Source of the DNA: Laetmonice hystrix
Lineage: Eukaryota
Direction of reading: 5' to 3'
DNA: 64,000 nt
NCBI GenBank assembly: GCA_965235115.1
Contig: OZ249439.1
Span: 21,638,001-21,702,000, forward strand
Shown piece by piece: positions 13,350 through 25,135 of this stretch (position 1 is the stretch's first letter; every line of letters begins with the position of its first letter). The notes under the pieces are model-generated. The model saw only the letters and a list, made by a program, of their open reading frames with translations. It did not search any database and was not told the origin of the DNA. The position numbers and the translations under genes were made by a program.

Positions 13350-14730
13350 GTAAGGATCCAATCAGATCGCAATCAGGGATTCTGTCCGATCGGTCGGCAC
13401 CGCGACCAAACGTCTCGTTGCCAAGCCAACATGCCGCCCAACAGGCTGTCGGGGGCGCCGTGCTATATTTAGCTCCAGCGTCCTGCCTTGGTTGCCGATC
13501 ATCACTCTGGTCGGTTCAATAGGAGGTGGGTGTGGGCGGGAGGATGGGGGGGGGGGCGTTCAGTGGAAGGGTTGAACCTCCGCTTGCTGCATGCGAAGCC
13601 GTTATTCCCTGACGAAGTTATTGCCTAGAATATCAAATGATCAGGCCTCGTCCGAATGTTGAGCATGCTAAACATCACCTTATTCATTTAGGATTGTTTC
13701 TTGTACCGTGGTATAGGTGGTATAGGTTCCCCGTTGTACCATCAGTGGGGGGAATGAGCGAGGTGGAAGTGGGGGACATGAAGGAGAGGTGCTGCTGAGA
13801 TGATCTGAGCAATGTCATGGAATGGTAGATAGATGCACAGGACAGGTGTTGTTCAGTCAAGTGACAGGTTGTCAATGAACAGTAACCACTGTTCAATGAC
13901 CAGCCCCCTCGCCTGGTACACACACCAATTCTGGGTACCAGGATATCACTGGTTTACGGGGTACCTATGTATTAAGTGTGTTTTTCTTTTTAAATGCACG
14001 GGCATCAGATGTAACCCAGTTACTTTGAGAATGTCCGGAAAGAGAAAGGTTGTACAGTATAGTCCTCTAGGCATGGAATCGAACGTGGGGGTGTGTGTGT
14101 GTGTGGGGGGGGGGGGGGTTACCAGTGTGTGGTGGGGGTGGCGGGGGGGGGGTTGGGGGGGTGTACCAGTGTGTGGTGGGGTGTGGAGGGGGGGGGGGAG
14201 GGGGTACCAGTGTGTGGTGGGGTGTAACGATGCATCAGTGGTGGAGATAATACGCCTGTGTTAGTGATGTTGAGGAAGCTGGTAGGAGACATGTTGGGAA
14301 ACCTTGGAGTACGGGGAGTTGAAGGAAACAGTTGTAGCAGACAGGTGGAGACGGTGGCAGTCGCCGCCCGCCATTCATTGGTTAACGTGTTCCCAGTGGC
14401 GGGGCCGGGTTTCATTCAGTCTGGCCGTGCATTGAGTGAATATTGATGCCCCCCCCCCCCACTCCTTCTCCTCCTGCTCACACTGAGACCAATCAATACA
14501 CATAGGGTAGGATGGAGACAGGGGTGTCCGGCAGCTAGCCGGGGCCGTGCCGTCAGAACCTAGGTCGATGAACCACCCACCCCGGTCTGGTGCAAGGTCA
14601 GCAAGGCAGACACGTGGCTACTGCATCTAGACTCTCGCTTTCCTGAGGTGAAACTCTGGTTGCTGGAGAAGTCAGCAGCACGTGGACCTGCTCTTGGTTT
14701 GAGACGCTGACCTTGGCAACACGTGACCCC
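13350..14730 (+). promoter_or_regulatory. putative internal (alternative) promoter region
   Basis: CpG-rich; CCAATCA (13358), RFX-like GTTGCCAAGCCAAC (13417-13430), TATATTTA (13464), CCTTGGCAAC-ACGTGAC (14711-14727); lies upstream of the 15468 exon. Confidence 0.4.
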
Positions 14731-15165
14731 CGTGACGCGGCGTTGTCCGCACGGAGATCACACACGCACGCACGTTCGCACGCGCCGTGTCCGTCATACC
14801 TTCAGTCAGCGTCTGCCGTGCGTCTCCTGGCGGGCACAGCGCCCCCTGCCGTCGTCCGTAGAAGATTGCGGCGGCAGGGCGCCTACCAGCATTCGGCTGC
14901 CGCGGGTTGCCGAGGGAGGATGCGGGACAGGAGAGGTGGGTGTGACTCATCGCACGAAACTCACGTTGTTATAGATGCTGGCAATAAACCAGGTGCAGGA
15001 AGAGAAGAACTGAGACTATTGGTGTTGTAGGAGCTGGCCTCTCCAGGTACTACTGTGTGAGGACAGAGAGTACTCAGTGCAAGGTAATGATCGTACTCAC
15101 AGCGCCCGCATTGTGTTATCATCACTACCAACCTACAACAACATCAGCTGGTGAAAGATAAACCC

Positions 15166-15334
15166 GTGGGCGGGTTGCTCACACGTGTAGCAGTGAATGC
15201 TACACACAGTGGGCGGGTTGCTCACACGTGTAGCAGTGAATGCTACACACAGTGGGCGGGTTGCTCACACGTGTAGCAGTGAATGCTACACACCGTGTGC
15301 GGGTTGCTCACACGTGTAGCAGTGAATGCTACAC
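15166..15334. repeat. 43-bp tandem repeat, about 4 copies
   Basis: Unit GTGGGCGGGTTGCTCACACGTGTAGCAGTGAATGCTACACACA; each contains CACGTG and the stem GTGTAGCA/TGCTACAC; the first three units also contain GGGCGG (the fourth has GTGCGG). Confidence 0.92.
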
Positions 15335-15467
15335 GATCACTGGACAGTCGGTATTGTCAGTCGGTCCCCCGCCGGACCAGCCCCTCACACCCACCAAACC
15401 ATCATCACACCATCTATTGGCAGAGGGGACGTAGGGGCGGCATGGAAGCCTGGGCTGGGCCCGGCAC

Positions 15468-15821
15468 ATGGAGTCCTCCACCGACACACTGATGCTGTCC
15501 TCTACCGACACCCTGCCGTCCTCGGGAACGTCCGCCGGGAGGGACGCCGCCATGGAGGAGGACGAGCTCTACCATCGGATATACCCGACTGAGGAGGATC
15601 AGGTTGACAAGGTACCACCAGCTCCCTCCATCAAGGATTACAAGGACCATCCGATCGGCATGGCCAAGGTGCAGGCCCAGCGACGTATGACCCAGCTCAA
15701 ACACTTGGGTAAAATCGTCGAGTGTCACTATGAGAAACGGGCGCGTAAAGTACGTCAGTTTATACAGGAGCGGATGAGTAGTGTGGACGAGGCCGACTCG
15801 ACCGCTGACACCTCCCTACAG
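15468..15821 (+). CDS. candidate alternative first coding exon of MTMR6/7/8 (118 codons)
   Basis: Coding-like ORF with GC-rich third positions, MESSTDT...MEEDELYHRIYP...ERMSSVDEADSTADTSLQ, ending CAG|GTAGGC; phase-0 donor compatible with the phase-0 acceptor at 46422. Confidence 0.6.
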
Positions 15822-16479
15822 GTAGGCCTGCCCACAGTCAGGGCTCAAACACAATGACGTCCTGGAAACTCTCAGCATAACGTATGCATGCATAGCGGGA
15901 TTACATTAAAGGGATGTGTATAGAATATATCCATTTAAAAAATTAATACGATGGCTTATGTATTGTCTCCGGGATTGGATACAAAGCCAGCACAAAATCA
16001 TCAAATTCGGGGATTAGAAGAGGACTAGAGGTTTTCTGAAGGTTATTGGTCAATATCAAATTAAATAAATACCTTCGCTGATGGTTATACGATAAAGGCA
16101 ATCCTTGATTTGGGGGATAGGTTGATGGATATATCCTTTATATCCCTTTAACTGGTATATCACCTTTGTTATATTTAGTTGTTATCATTTCGGTCTGATT
16201 TTACTGTGTCGTCCTTTTGTATTTTATATTAGTGGTCCTTGAGATTAGTGAATGATTTCTTTGCAATTTGTTACTTGGGTTTAACGGCTGTTTTGGCCAC
16301 CCTGTATACATTTTGCATGCTGAACGTGCCTCACCCGCGCTGTTTGTTTTTGTAGTTTTAGTTGTTAAAACCTTCCCTTCTCCTTGACTCATTTGTCCGT
16401 GAAGTCTCACGGATAGTAGAAAAATTAATGAAGATAATTACGATCAAGACGCGGGTGTATTATTATAAATGTTTTGGAT

Positions 16480-16950
16480 GTTATCAGCTTAATTAGGTGT
16501 TTCCCATTATGTCAGAGATTATGGGAGAGGTAAGCTAATGAAGAATTCAAAGTGGCAAACAAAAGCATGTAAGTAGGGATTACCTATCGTCAAGTAAAGT
16601 CTCTAACTCTCAAGGATGTCAAGAAAGATGACTCCAGTATCCGTATAGGTGAATGTAAAGGTCTTGAAGACATCAGCGGTATGGGCAGATATTCAAGGTG
16701 AGATTGCGTATAGTCCAGCGTCAGTACGCCAGCACTGATGTAAAGACGTTATACTGATAGATAGAACGCGTTGTCAGCGTCCCAATGACCTGGGCCACCA
16801 GCAGCTCAGCGGTACGATCGGGGATAGTAGGACTCCATGAGTAGTTTATGGAAATGGGGGCTTGGTGAAGGCGGTCTGTACGGAAGCAACTGAAGAAAGA
16901 GAGGCATGTCTAAGGTGGCTGAGAAGTCCCCCCCCCCCCAGCCACGACCA
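16480..16950 (-). mobile_element. decayed Penelope-like RT fragment
   Basis: Minus frame KTFTFTYTDTGVIFLDILES*RLYLTIGNPYLHAFVCH resembles the PLE RT pattern KFT...S+.FLD+...YL...S.HP; stops present. Confidence 0.45.
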
Positions 16951-18512
16951 AGAAAACACGATACGACGAGTAAAACATCGACGCTAGGAAGAAAAAGACT
17001 CAAAAGGCCCAAGTGGCGGAGTGGGGGGGGGAGCGGACTGTAGCGGGAGGAGGTTGTGTTGGGGACCATCAGGAGAAGGTGTGGGCCCAAGTGGTGGTGG
17101 TGGTGGTGGTGGGGGGGGGGGGTGACTGTAGCGAGAGGGGGTTGTGTTGGGGACATCCAAGGGTAGGTGTGGGCCCAAGTGGTTGTGGGGGGGGGGAGCT
17201 GACTGTAGTGATTGGTTGTGTTGGGTGGTTGTGTTGGGTGGGTAACTGTGTTAGGGACATTCAAGAGTATAGGCGAGGAGACCTGTCAAAGGGAGTGTTC
17301 GTAATGGTGAAGTGGTGTCGGGGGTCGACCTTGGTCACCGGGTCCTGATCGGAGATTTACATGTGAACGGTACTTAGCATGTTATCTGAGAGACATGAAA
17401 CTGCTCTGGCAACATGCAGTTAATCCTCCACATGACCACAGCTCGGGACAGCCGTCATTCACAGCCACACTGTACTATTTATAGCATGCTAGGTCGTAGA
17501 TCGTACGCCGAGCCAGGCCGGTTGCAGGACTTCAGACCCAAATAAAGGTCGGTACATGGACTAAATGAATAAATAAATAGGTTGGTTTATATTAGGGCAT
17601 GCCACAATCACCGTTATTTGTCCTCGGTGACCCCAGTATATTATAGATCTATGTCAGAGAGTGAGTGAAGCCGGGAGAAATTTTGAAGGGACAATTTTCA
17701 TTGTTTGATAATTCCCGGGAGAAAAACCATAGACTCCAATTCGTCATGCTGTGAGCTTTACATGACAGAGAGCTGCGGGGGACACAGCGGTAATCTCGGG
17801 TAAAGACCACCACGGGGCGCAGTCGTACAGCAAGGTCTGTTATTGAACCCGAGAGCGTCACCCGACTGCCAACACTCGCAAGTCACGATTTTGTGATTGT
17901 TGTTAGCGAACGGACAATATTTGTAAAAGGTTTGGTTTAGAGATCTTGCCCGAATCGGCAGAATCCGTTGGTCGGATTACTGGTCAGTGGCCTTCATTAA
18001 AGGAAACCTTTTTCTGAGAATGGGGGGGGGGTCACAAGTACAATAATTTTTCCCTTTAACAATGTGGGCTGTACGTGATTGTGTTTCCAAGTTAGCACTT
18101 TCACCAATACCGCCTCATCACCAGTATATCTGCCACCACATGTTCGTTTTCAATTCACGAACGATAAATGATTGATGGCTGCCAGGAATTACGAATAGGC
18201 ATATCTGATGGCGGAACCATTTCATAATCTTGAGATATGACTAACTTCGTGCTACAAGTAGGCATAACATTACCCATGCAACGGGAAATTAAACCCGGTT
18301 GTTTTGTTCGGTGCACCGAGGTCCAAATAGGGCGCTAATGTTTTATGAAATGAATATTGAATGGATCGCCCAGTTGATGATGTTGGGGATTTAGTGCGGT
18401 GTAGGCTGTTAGTACTTGGTCCAGCCGCTGTGTATTAACCTGTTCCGCTCGCTAAAATTGCCATTGAAATTTAGTGGCAATTTTAGTGAACGGGAATTTA
18501 TGCAACGGCCCT

Positions 18513-19195
18513 CAGGCTGAGTGTGTAATGTAGGGGTCCTCGGTCCAGCCAAAGTGGCCGTATTAACCTGTTCAGGCTGAGTGTGTGATGTAGGGTCCTC
18601 GGTCCAGCCGATGTTGCCGTATTAACCTGTTCAGGCTGAGTGTGTGATGTAGGAGTCCTCGGTCCAGCCGATGTGGCCGTATTAACCTGTACAGGCTGAG
18701 TGTGTAATGTAGGGGTCCTCGGTCCAGCCAAAGTGGCCGTATTAACCTGTTCAGGCTGAGTGTGTGATGTAGGGTCCTCGGTCCAGCCGCTGTTGCCGTA
18801 TTAACCTGTTCAGGCTGAGTGTGTGATGTAGGAGTCCTCGGTCCAGCCGATGTGGCCGTATTAACCTGTACAGGCTGAGTGTGTAATGTAGGGGTCCTCG
18901 GTCCAGCCAAAGTGGCCGTATTAACCTGTTGAGGCTGAGTGTGTGATGTAGGGGTCCTCGGTCCAGCCGCTGTTGCCGTATTAACCTGTTCAGGCTGACT
19001 GTGTGATGTAGGGGTCCTCGGTCGAGCCGCTGTGGCCGTATTAACCTGTTCAGGCTGAGTGTGTGATGTAGGGGTCCTCGGTCCAGCCGCTGTGGCCGTA
19101 TTAACCTGTTCAGGCTGAGTGTGTGATGTAGGGGTCCTCGGTCCAGCCGCTGTGTACTAACCTGTTCAGGCTGAGTGTGTGATGTAGGGATCCTG
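18513..19195. repeat. 59-60-bp minisatellite, about 11 copies, with an ABC higher-order block
   Basis: Unit CAGGCTGAGTGTGTGATGTAGGGGTCCTCGGTCCAGCCGCTGTGGCCGTATTAACCTGTT. Confidence 0.95.
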
Positions 19196-19369
19196 AAGGA
19201 GTCAGTGGCAAGCCTTTGTTTGTGGATCAGGTGTCATCGCTGAGGGTTGACGAGATAAGGACGCCCGCCCTATGTATATCTGCTGGTTTATGGGGTCCAC
19301 GTTTACTCTCCGCCTGACCCGCTGGTACCACAGTACATAATATATTGTATTATCGGTGGAGGTGTGCTT

Positions 19370-19450
19370 GGGGATTTTATTGATGGAGGAAACTGGGGTA
19401 CCAGGGGGAAACGCCAACCGTGTGCAGGTAACTGCCCAAGTTTTTCACAA
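19370..19450 (-). mobile_element. SINE fragment (V-domain/RUDI-like)
   Basis: GGAGGAAACTGGGGTACCAGGGGGAAAC...CAGGTAACTG resembles the related copies at about 39.9, 50.55 and 56.45 kb. Confidence 0.55.
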
Positions 19451-19589
19451 TGAAGCCAGAGACGAATGGCAAACATAGGATTGGGAGGAGGGGAAGCAAG
19501 GGAAGGAAGACGGAGCAGGAGAAGGGGGGATACCAACTTCTCGGTATCACTATTACTATATATAAGCCTCCACACTAGGTGAACGTCGA

Positions 19590-20260
19590 TGGAGTGTACC
19601 TTGTTTTCCTGGAAAAGTGACGGAGTTGTGTCCTGTTATGAACCTTGGCCCTTGTATGGCCGTTTGACCCGATACAACCATGAGCTCACCTTGTAAACAG
19701 AAGTCAGTAACCAGCGTTAATGTAGTAAGATGACCCCCAATCTCTCCTGGCTGAGCGACACCTGGAAGAGGTGTTTCCAGGTAACAAGACCTCAGTTATC
19801 TTGGACAAGTTACACATGTATCTTACTTTATACAACTCATGTAGGTCATTCGGTCAGGAGCTGGCTTCTCTCCATTCACCATTGCCTTGTGTCTTTGTTG
19901 TGGGAAGGTGCTTTGTCTACAGTGTACTATGCTGAGCGATTTACCCCTGTGTTTTTACCCAGGAAGTCCACCACACCTTTCGTCCGTAGATCGAAGTGCT
20001 GAAACTGTTCACTCCCCACCGCCCCCCCCCCACCCACCCCACCAAAAAATCCATTCATAACCAATTAATCAGAAAGCACATGCATTATTATAGTTGGGCC
20101 GGCTGCACATGTTTCCGGATGCCCACAGTCGCCTGTTGTTGTGCGTGCCGAGTGACCGTTGTTATTTGGGATGGTATAGGAAGTTACCGGCCTTTTGTCC
20201 AGACGTGGGACGACATGAACAAGCCCTGTCGGTCCGCATAGAATTGGGGTTAGCCCAGTC
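19590..20260 (-). mobile_element. decayed CR1/L2-like LINE 3' remnant
   Basis: Minus-frame pieces LVHVVPRLD, NDLHELYKV and NGHTRAKVHNRTQLRHFSRK loosely follow the CR1 C-terminal motif order; many stops. Confidence 0.3.
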
Positions 20261-20699
20261 ACCTCCAAGCGTTCGTTATATTACGGCGACGACGCGTCGC
20301 ATCTGCCAAGCTCTTGTAACGATTCATGTGAAATTTTAAAGGGACAATGCGCGATTATTCCGGATATTATTCTGATCAGACAAATGCTATGTCACCAGTC
20401 TTTAAATGAGTTGTCGTTCCTCGCGTGCCAGATTCCTACGCTAACATTATGAAATCATGACGTCATCGTTTTGTGTGGGGACACACTGGGAGTACAGAAT
20501 GTTTGCGCCTCGCATACATCTGAGGGTTGAGACTGGTAGAGAAGAATCCTTGGGGAGGGGGAGGCTTCCGTGCTCACCTGTGACTCTTGAGGTCCTTAAG
20601 TGTGCATTCATTTTTTTTACGAATGTTTAATTTTTGTACCTGGTGGTGGTATGTATCTAATTCAAAGTCAAGGTCTGTATGAAAATGGATGAAAGAGGT

Positions 20700-21500
20700 G
20701 TAGGCAAATGTTGACAGATAAGCGAAAAGTCCATACTGTCTCGTTTACCTGAAGTTATCTGCAGCATTGCACAAATAGTTTTCCTGGTATTCGAAGGCAG
20801 GACAGTGATCCGGGAAAAGATCAGTTTAGCCAATATACTGCCACTGTGGGCAGAGTCGAGTTGTTGAGTTTGTAAGGTTACGTTACCAGCCAGCGGTCAA
20901 AGTGATGGAGAGATGGCCATTTATAGGCGCCAGCAGTCCAGTGGTCGAACGATCAAAGCAAGCGAAAGGATTTACAAGTCATGGAACAGCGCCTGACCTT
21001 TATGGCTAGCAGTATAAAAGCAGTTCACTCTTTACAGTTATTGTCCTTCAGGATATGGACTCGAACGTTCTCCTGAAAAAAGAAACGAGTCAAATTTTTC
21101 GGTTGTGAAGGACGAAGCGACCGCTTGACCTTTGCAAATGCTAGGTTTATCCGTCTCCTGACTTTGAATGATGTCCAGTCGTTAATACAATGTCTTTTTG
21201 CAGATAATGTGGATATCTGCGCATGTGATTCGTTTTAGGCAAGGGATGTGGACTGAACTTCGCTCCCCAATGCAAAATACATAATTAATCTCAGTTGCAA
21301 AAGCAATACATATCCCTCAGTCAGCAGGATGTCCTTGACCAATTGCTTATCAGCCCATTGAACTGCAGTAATCAGGTAGTCCTACCCTGTATGTTTGGGA
21401 TAGACCGGCAAACTCCGAATCAGCTCTGGAACAGCTCTGAAACTCCTAATCTTACCATGCAGTCACTGCAGCCACTAAAACACTGCAGTCAGATGTACCT
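20700..21500 (-). mobile_element. decayed RTE-like LINE RT remnant
   Basis: Minus-frame VRLGVSELFQS*FGVC and KVRRRINLAFAKV resemble RTE-clade RT and post-RT motifs; frameshifted. Confidence 0.35.
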
Positions 21501-22649
21501 TCACACTAGCAGAGCGGAAACCCTCCGTGAGAATCAATGACGCGGAATAATGAAGATGAGTTATGTCACCTTAAGATACCGTTAATGAAAGAGATAAGAT
21601 TTCACTCCTAGGATTAAAAGTGCGTTTATATAGAGTGAAAGCATCAGGGTACACTTTGTGACTCAGAAAGTATTTGTGAGTGCCTATAAAACCGCTATAG
21701 TCTGGTAATACATCAGAATTACCATAATTGGAATACGGTGCCGGTAAGTGCTGTCGAGATTTTATTGCACGCTAGGTATTTAATGTACGCGGTTTTTTAT
21801 TCTTTCTTAAGTGAACTGAAACAAATTTTATTTAAGGGAAATTGTTAAAAGAGTGCTAATAACGGGCTCCTTTTTTTATAAAGCAAGGTAATATGTGATT
21901 TTTATGCAGTATGTTTCCTTGACATGAAAAAAGTCATAGTCTACGAAGGAACGAACTTTACTGAAACGTATAAGCATGACAGGAAGTATCACACTGTGTA
22001 TGGAGTGGTAGTGTACAAAGTGGAGCAATAAAGGACCCCCACCCTCCCCTGCCGGGCTCTCTGATATCTCCACTCTCACTGTATGACTGAAGGATTGCGC
22101 AGTCAGTGACTGGTCAGATAGATGACTGGTCATCAGCCCTGTCACCATGCTATCAGTCGCTGCACGACCGAGTAGAAGGACGTTCATACATCATGGACCT
22201 TCAGGAACGCCGAGTGGCACAGCCACCGTGATAACAGCTCGACGAAATCTGGTTGGGAAGATGTACAGATCGATCATTATTTCTAGCCCTACCCCGACTG
22301 TGTCATGGTTCAATAATACAGTAAAACTGTTTGCCTCAAATAGGTACAGGACACTGTCATAGTGGAGGTACAGGGACGTCAGAACTCCGACTCTCTCTCT
22401 CTAAGGTATTTTAAAAGGGATTCGCACACCAGACCATACTGATTTTAAGCACGACTTCTTTGAGTAGGCAGCAGAGACGCCCGACCTTTAGCCCTGGAGG
22501 GAGGGGGGGGGGTTCGAACCTGTGACAAACGACAGTCCCATCTTGTCCCCGAGCAGTATCTCCTCGTTTGTTAACTGGGATGGAGCCAATGAATGATTAC
22601 AACCGTTAGATATAACTCGGTTATATATTGTTCTTTTATTACTTTCCTT

Positions 22650-23360
22650 CCTACATGAAGTTCTTTCCATTTTCTTGATCATAGTTTCTATAATTTGGTC
22701 TATGCTTTTAGTTTAGATTTAAATTAGATGTCCAATGGTTTGCACTGTAATGCTGTTCAATAATGTTTTTATTTTTTGCGTTGGGCACTTGCTTATGGTG
22801 GTTTCCTGAATGGGAGTTTGTTTCATCTTTATTTTAAATGAATTTTGAACATGAAATTTGAGATGTGTCCGAAAAGAGGGGCCACACGAGACATGTTTGT
22901 ACGCGGACCGCATGCATTGCGTAATTAAAATTAAAAGTATACGATCTGTTAGAAGTGATAATAGGCCGGGGTATGTAAAATTCCAATCTGTTGAATTTTA
23001 TCGCAGCATTGCCTTTACAACTGGTGATGGTATATACCAAGTAGAAATCATCACATTAAAAATGACTGGTAGGAAGTATTTTTCTGGTGGCCATTTTTTT
23101 TTGTATATCTGCCTGTTATTTGCTGTTGATGATGTTTGATAATGGGATTCGTCGATTTGTTGTTGGCTTGTAGACGAGAGGTACAAAGCGGGGTTTAGAT
23201 GGGCTTGGCGATAGACCAGTCCGATTTAATGATGCATGGCTGCTCTTCTGCAAGGTCAGTCACTGTCACCGTGTAATACACGTCATTGGTTGTCACATCT
23301 GTGTCTCAGTGATTGCCCCTGCCTGTCAACTTTGCAGTATTCGTGTCCCGCTCTGCCGCC

Positions 23361-23397
<37 letters not shown>

Positions 23398-24000
23398 ATT
23401 GCTGTTGCTAATTTTGTTTAGAGCCTGTTGTTAATATAGTGAGCACATGTAGAAATGAATCCAGCTAACGCATTGACGGAAATGATGAAGCCGCGGCTGG
23501 ACTATTCCTGTTTAATAAACCAAAAGGTATTTTTGTGCGGATATTGATCAAGTTTTCAAAATCCGTGATATCATGATATTTTTGAGGTGATATTTTTGAA
23601 GGCAGAAGAACCAAGTTGAACAATGTAACCAAGACATTAAGATGAATTGGTTGTGTTTGACAGTGTATATTATGTATGAGCTGCTCTCCCACGTATACAG
23701 GCTGTTTATGTGATCAGTTTGCATGCCGTGATCCCAGGGCCAGAGAATATCAATAAATCGTGTTTTCCCCTCACCAGGCCTTTTTCTGACCTTTGAAGTG
23801 ATTACTATGCCTGCCACGATTTGATTAGATTTCTATTTTATCTGTCTTTCTTTTCTGGATGCCAGTTCCCCGTCATATATAGCGGTCAAATTGTCGCCGT
23901 TTTGTATGTGCCAGTCATAGCTCATGTTTGATATCGTATGGTGTGGCGAGAACTTTCTAAAATAAACATGTTCACTCCCGCTTATTTACGTAATGGATTT
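22650..24000 (-). mobile_element. decayed Penelope-like element (RT + GIY-YIG)
   Basis: Minus: KTRFIDILWPWDHG (compare W.RYIDDIF.IW.HG) at about 23750, then ITSNRSY / LILITQCMR...GPSFRTHLKFH...KQTP at about 22850-22950; RT-before-endonuclease order is correct; includes a (CTG)n tract at about 23367-23397. Confidence 0.55.
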
Positions 24001-24879
24001 TGCTTACATTATTATTACAAATATCTGAGACGGGTAAATGGTGTAGAATTTTATTTATTTGATACAACGTTTGAGACATGTACATAACCCACTTTATATT
24101 ATGTAAAATACTCCCATGACTCCCGCGAGTAAAGTGTCCTTTCATTCAAACCTAGCTATTTCTCAAATTACATTTTGATAGATTATGACATATATGTTCT
24201 AGTCTATTGTATCATATTGCATGTAATCGAGATGTCCTTTCTGCTTCTATTGCAAATGAAGAAAATTATGTTTGTTGAATGAAGGGTGAGGAAATTTCAT
24301 TTATCAAACAGCTTCACCCGATGGCTTGAAACAGAAGGAAGTTAGTCAAGAGCAATTTGCTAGCGTGACGCAGCCGTAATGTAATGTTTCTGCGAGTTAT
24401 GACGCTGTTGGTGAAGAACTGTGTGTCGCATAACGCCAAGACATGGTCTGCTGACAAGGGCACGTCCGTCTGTCTCCAGGGCAGCGCCAGTATTACTCCG
24501 ACTGGACTTGGCAGAACTCGTGAATGTATATATAGGAAGGGGTGTGGTGGGGGGGGGTGCACTCGGGGGTGAGGTGATCCTACCAGGGGTTAGAGAATAG
24601 CAGGTGTGGTCAGTGATTACATCTGCCAGACGTGATTTACATACAAAACGATAGAGAACGTTTGTTCAAGCTCTACCATTGCCTCAGAATGAAGGGAAAC
24701 CCATGCAACTCATTTTCCCGCTAAAGGTTTTCATGAGGCTTGTCGTCAGTGGCGATCTTGGTGATTGAGCGAATATGGTGCGCCAATGAGGCTGGTTAAA
24801 GGTTGCAGCAAATTCAGTATCTCATCACTGGGTTAGTGACTGTTTCTGTGCCCTCCATACCTGGGCCGACAGGTTGGGA

Positions 24880-25135
24880 AGGTCAAAGGTCATCTATTAC
24901 GGCGCCCGGCAGATTAACGACCCTCGCCTTATAACCAATATTTTCTTGGCGCCAATTTCCTACTGTGAATGAGCGTTTCCTATAAGGAAACCACAATACA
25001 GCATTTGATCCAACGTCAGGAAATTAAACCAAAGTCCCTTCCTGGCCTTTGACCCTGCCCTTTGAGGTTCCCTGCCGCTGAAACCCTATCTTTAACAGCT
25101 GCAAATCTCCACGGAACTGGACAGCTGCAAATTCA
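24880..25135. promoter_or_regulatory. nuclear-receptor DR1/HNF4-like motif cluster (candidate enhancer)
   Basis: Perfect AGGTCAAAGGTCA (24880-24892), CCAAAGTCC (25029), GGGTCAAAGGCCA on minus (25043-25055), CAAAGGGCA on minus (25056-25064), and ACAGCTGCAAAT twice (25095, 25121). Confidence 0.45.
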
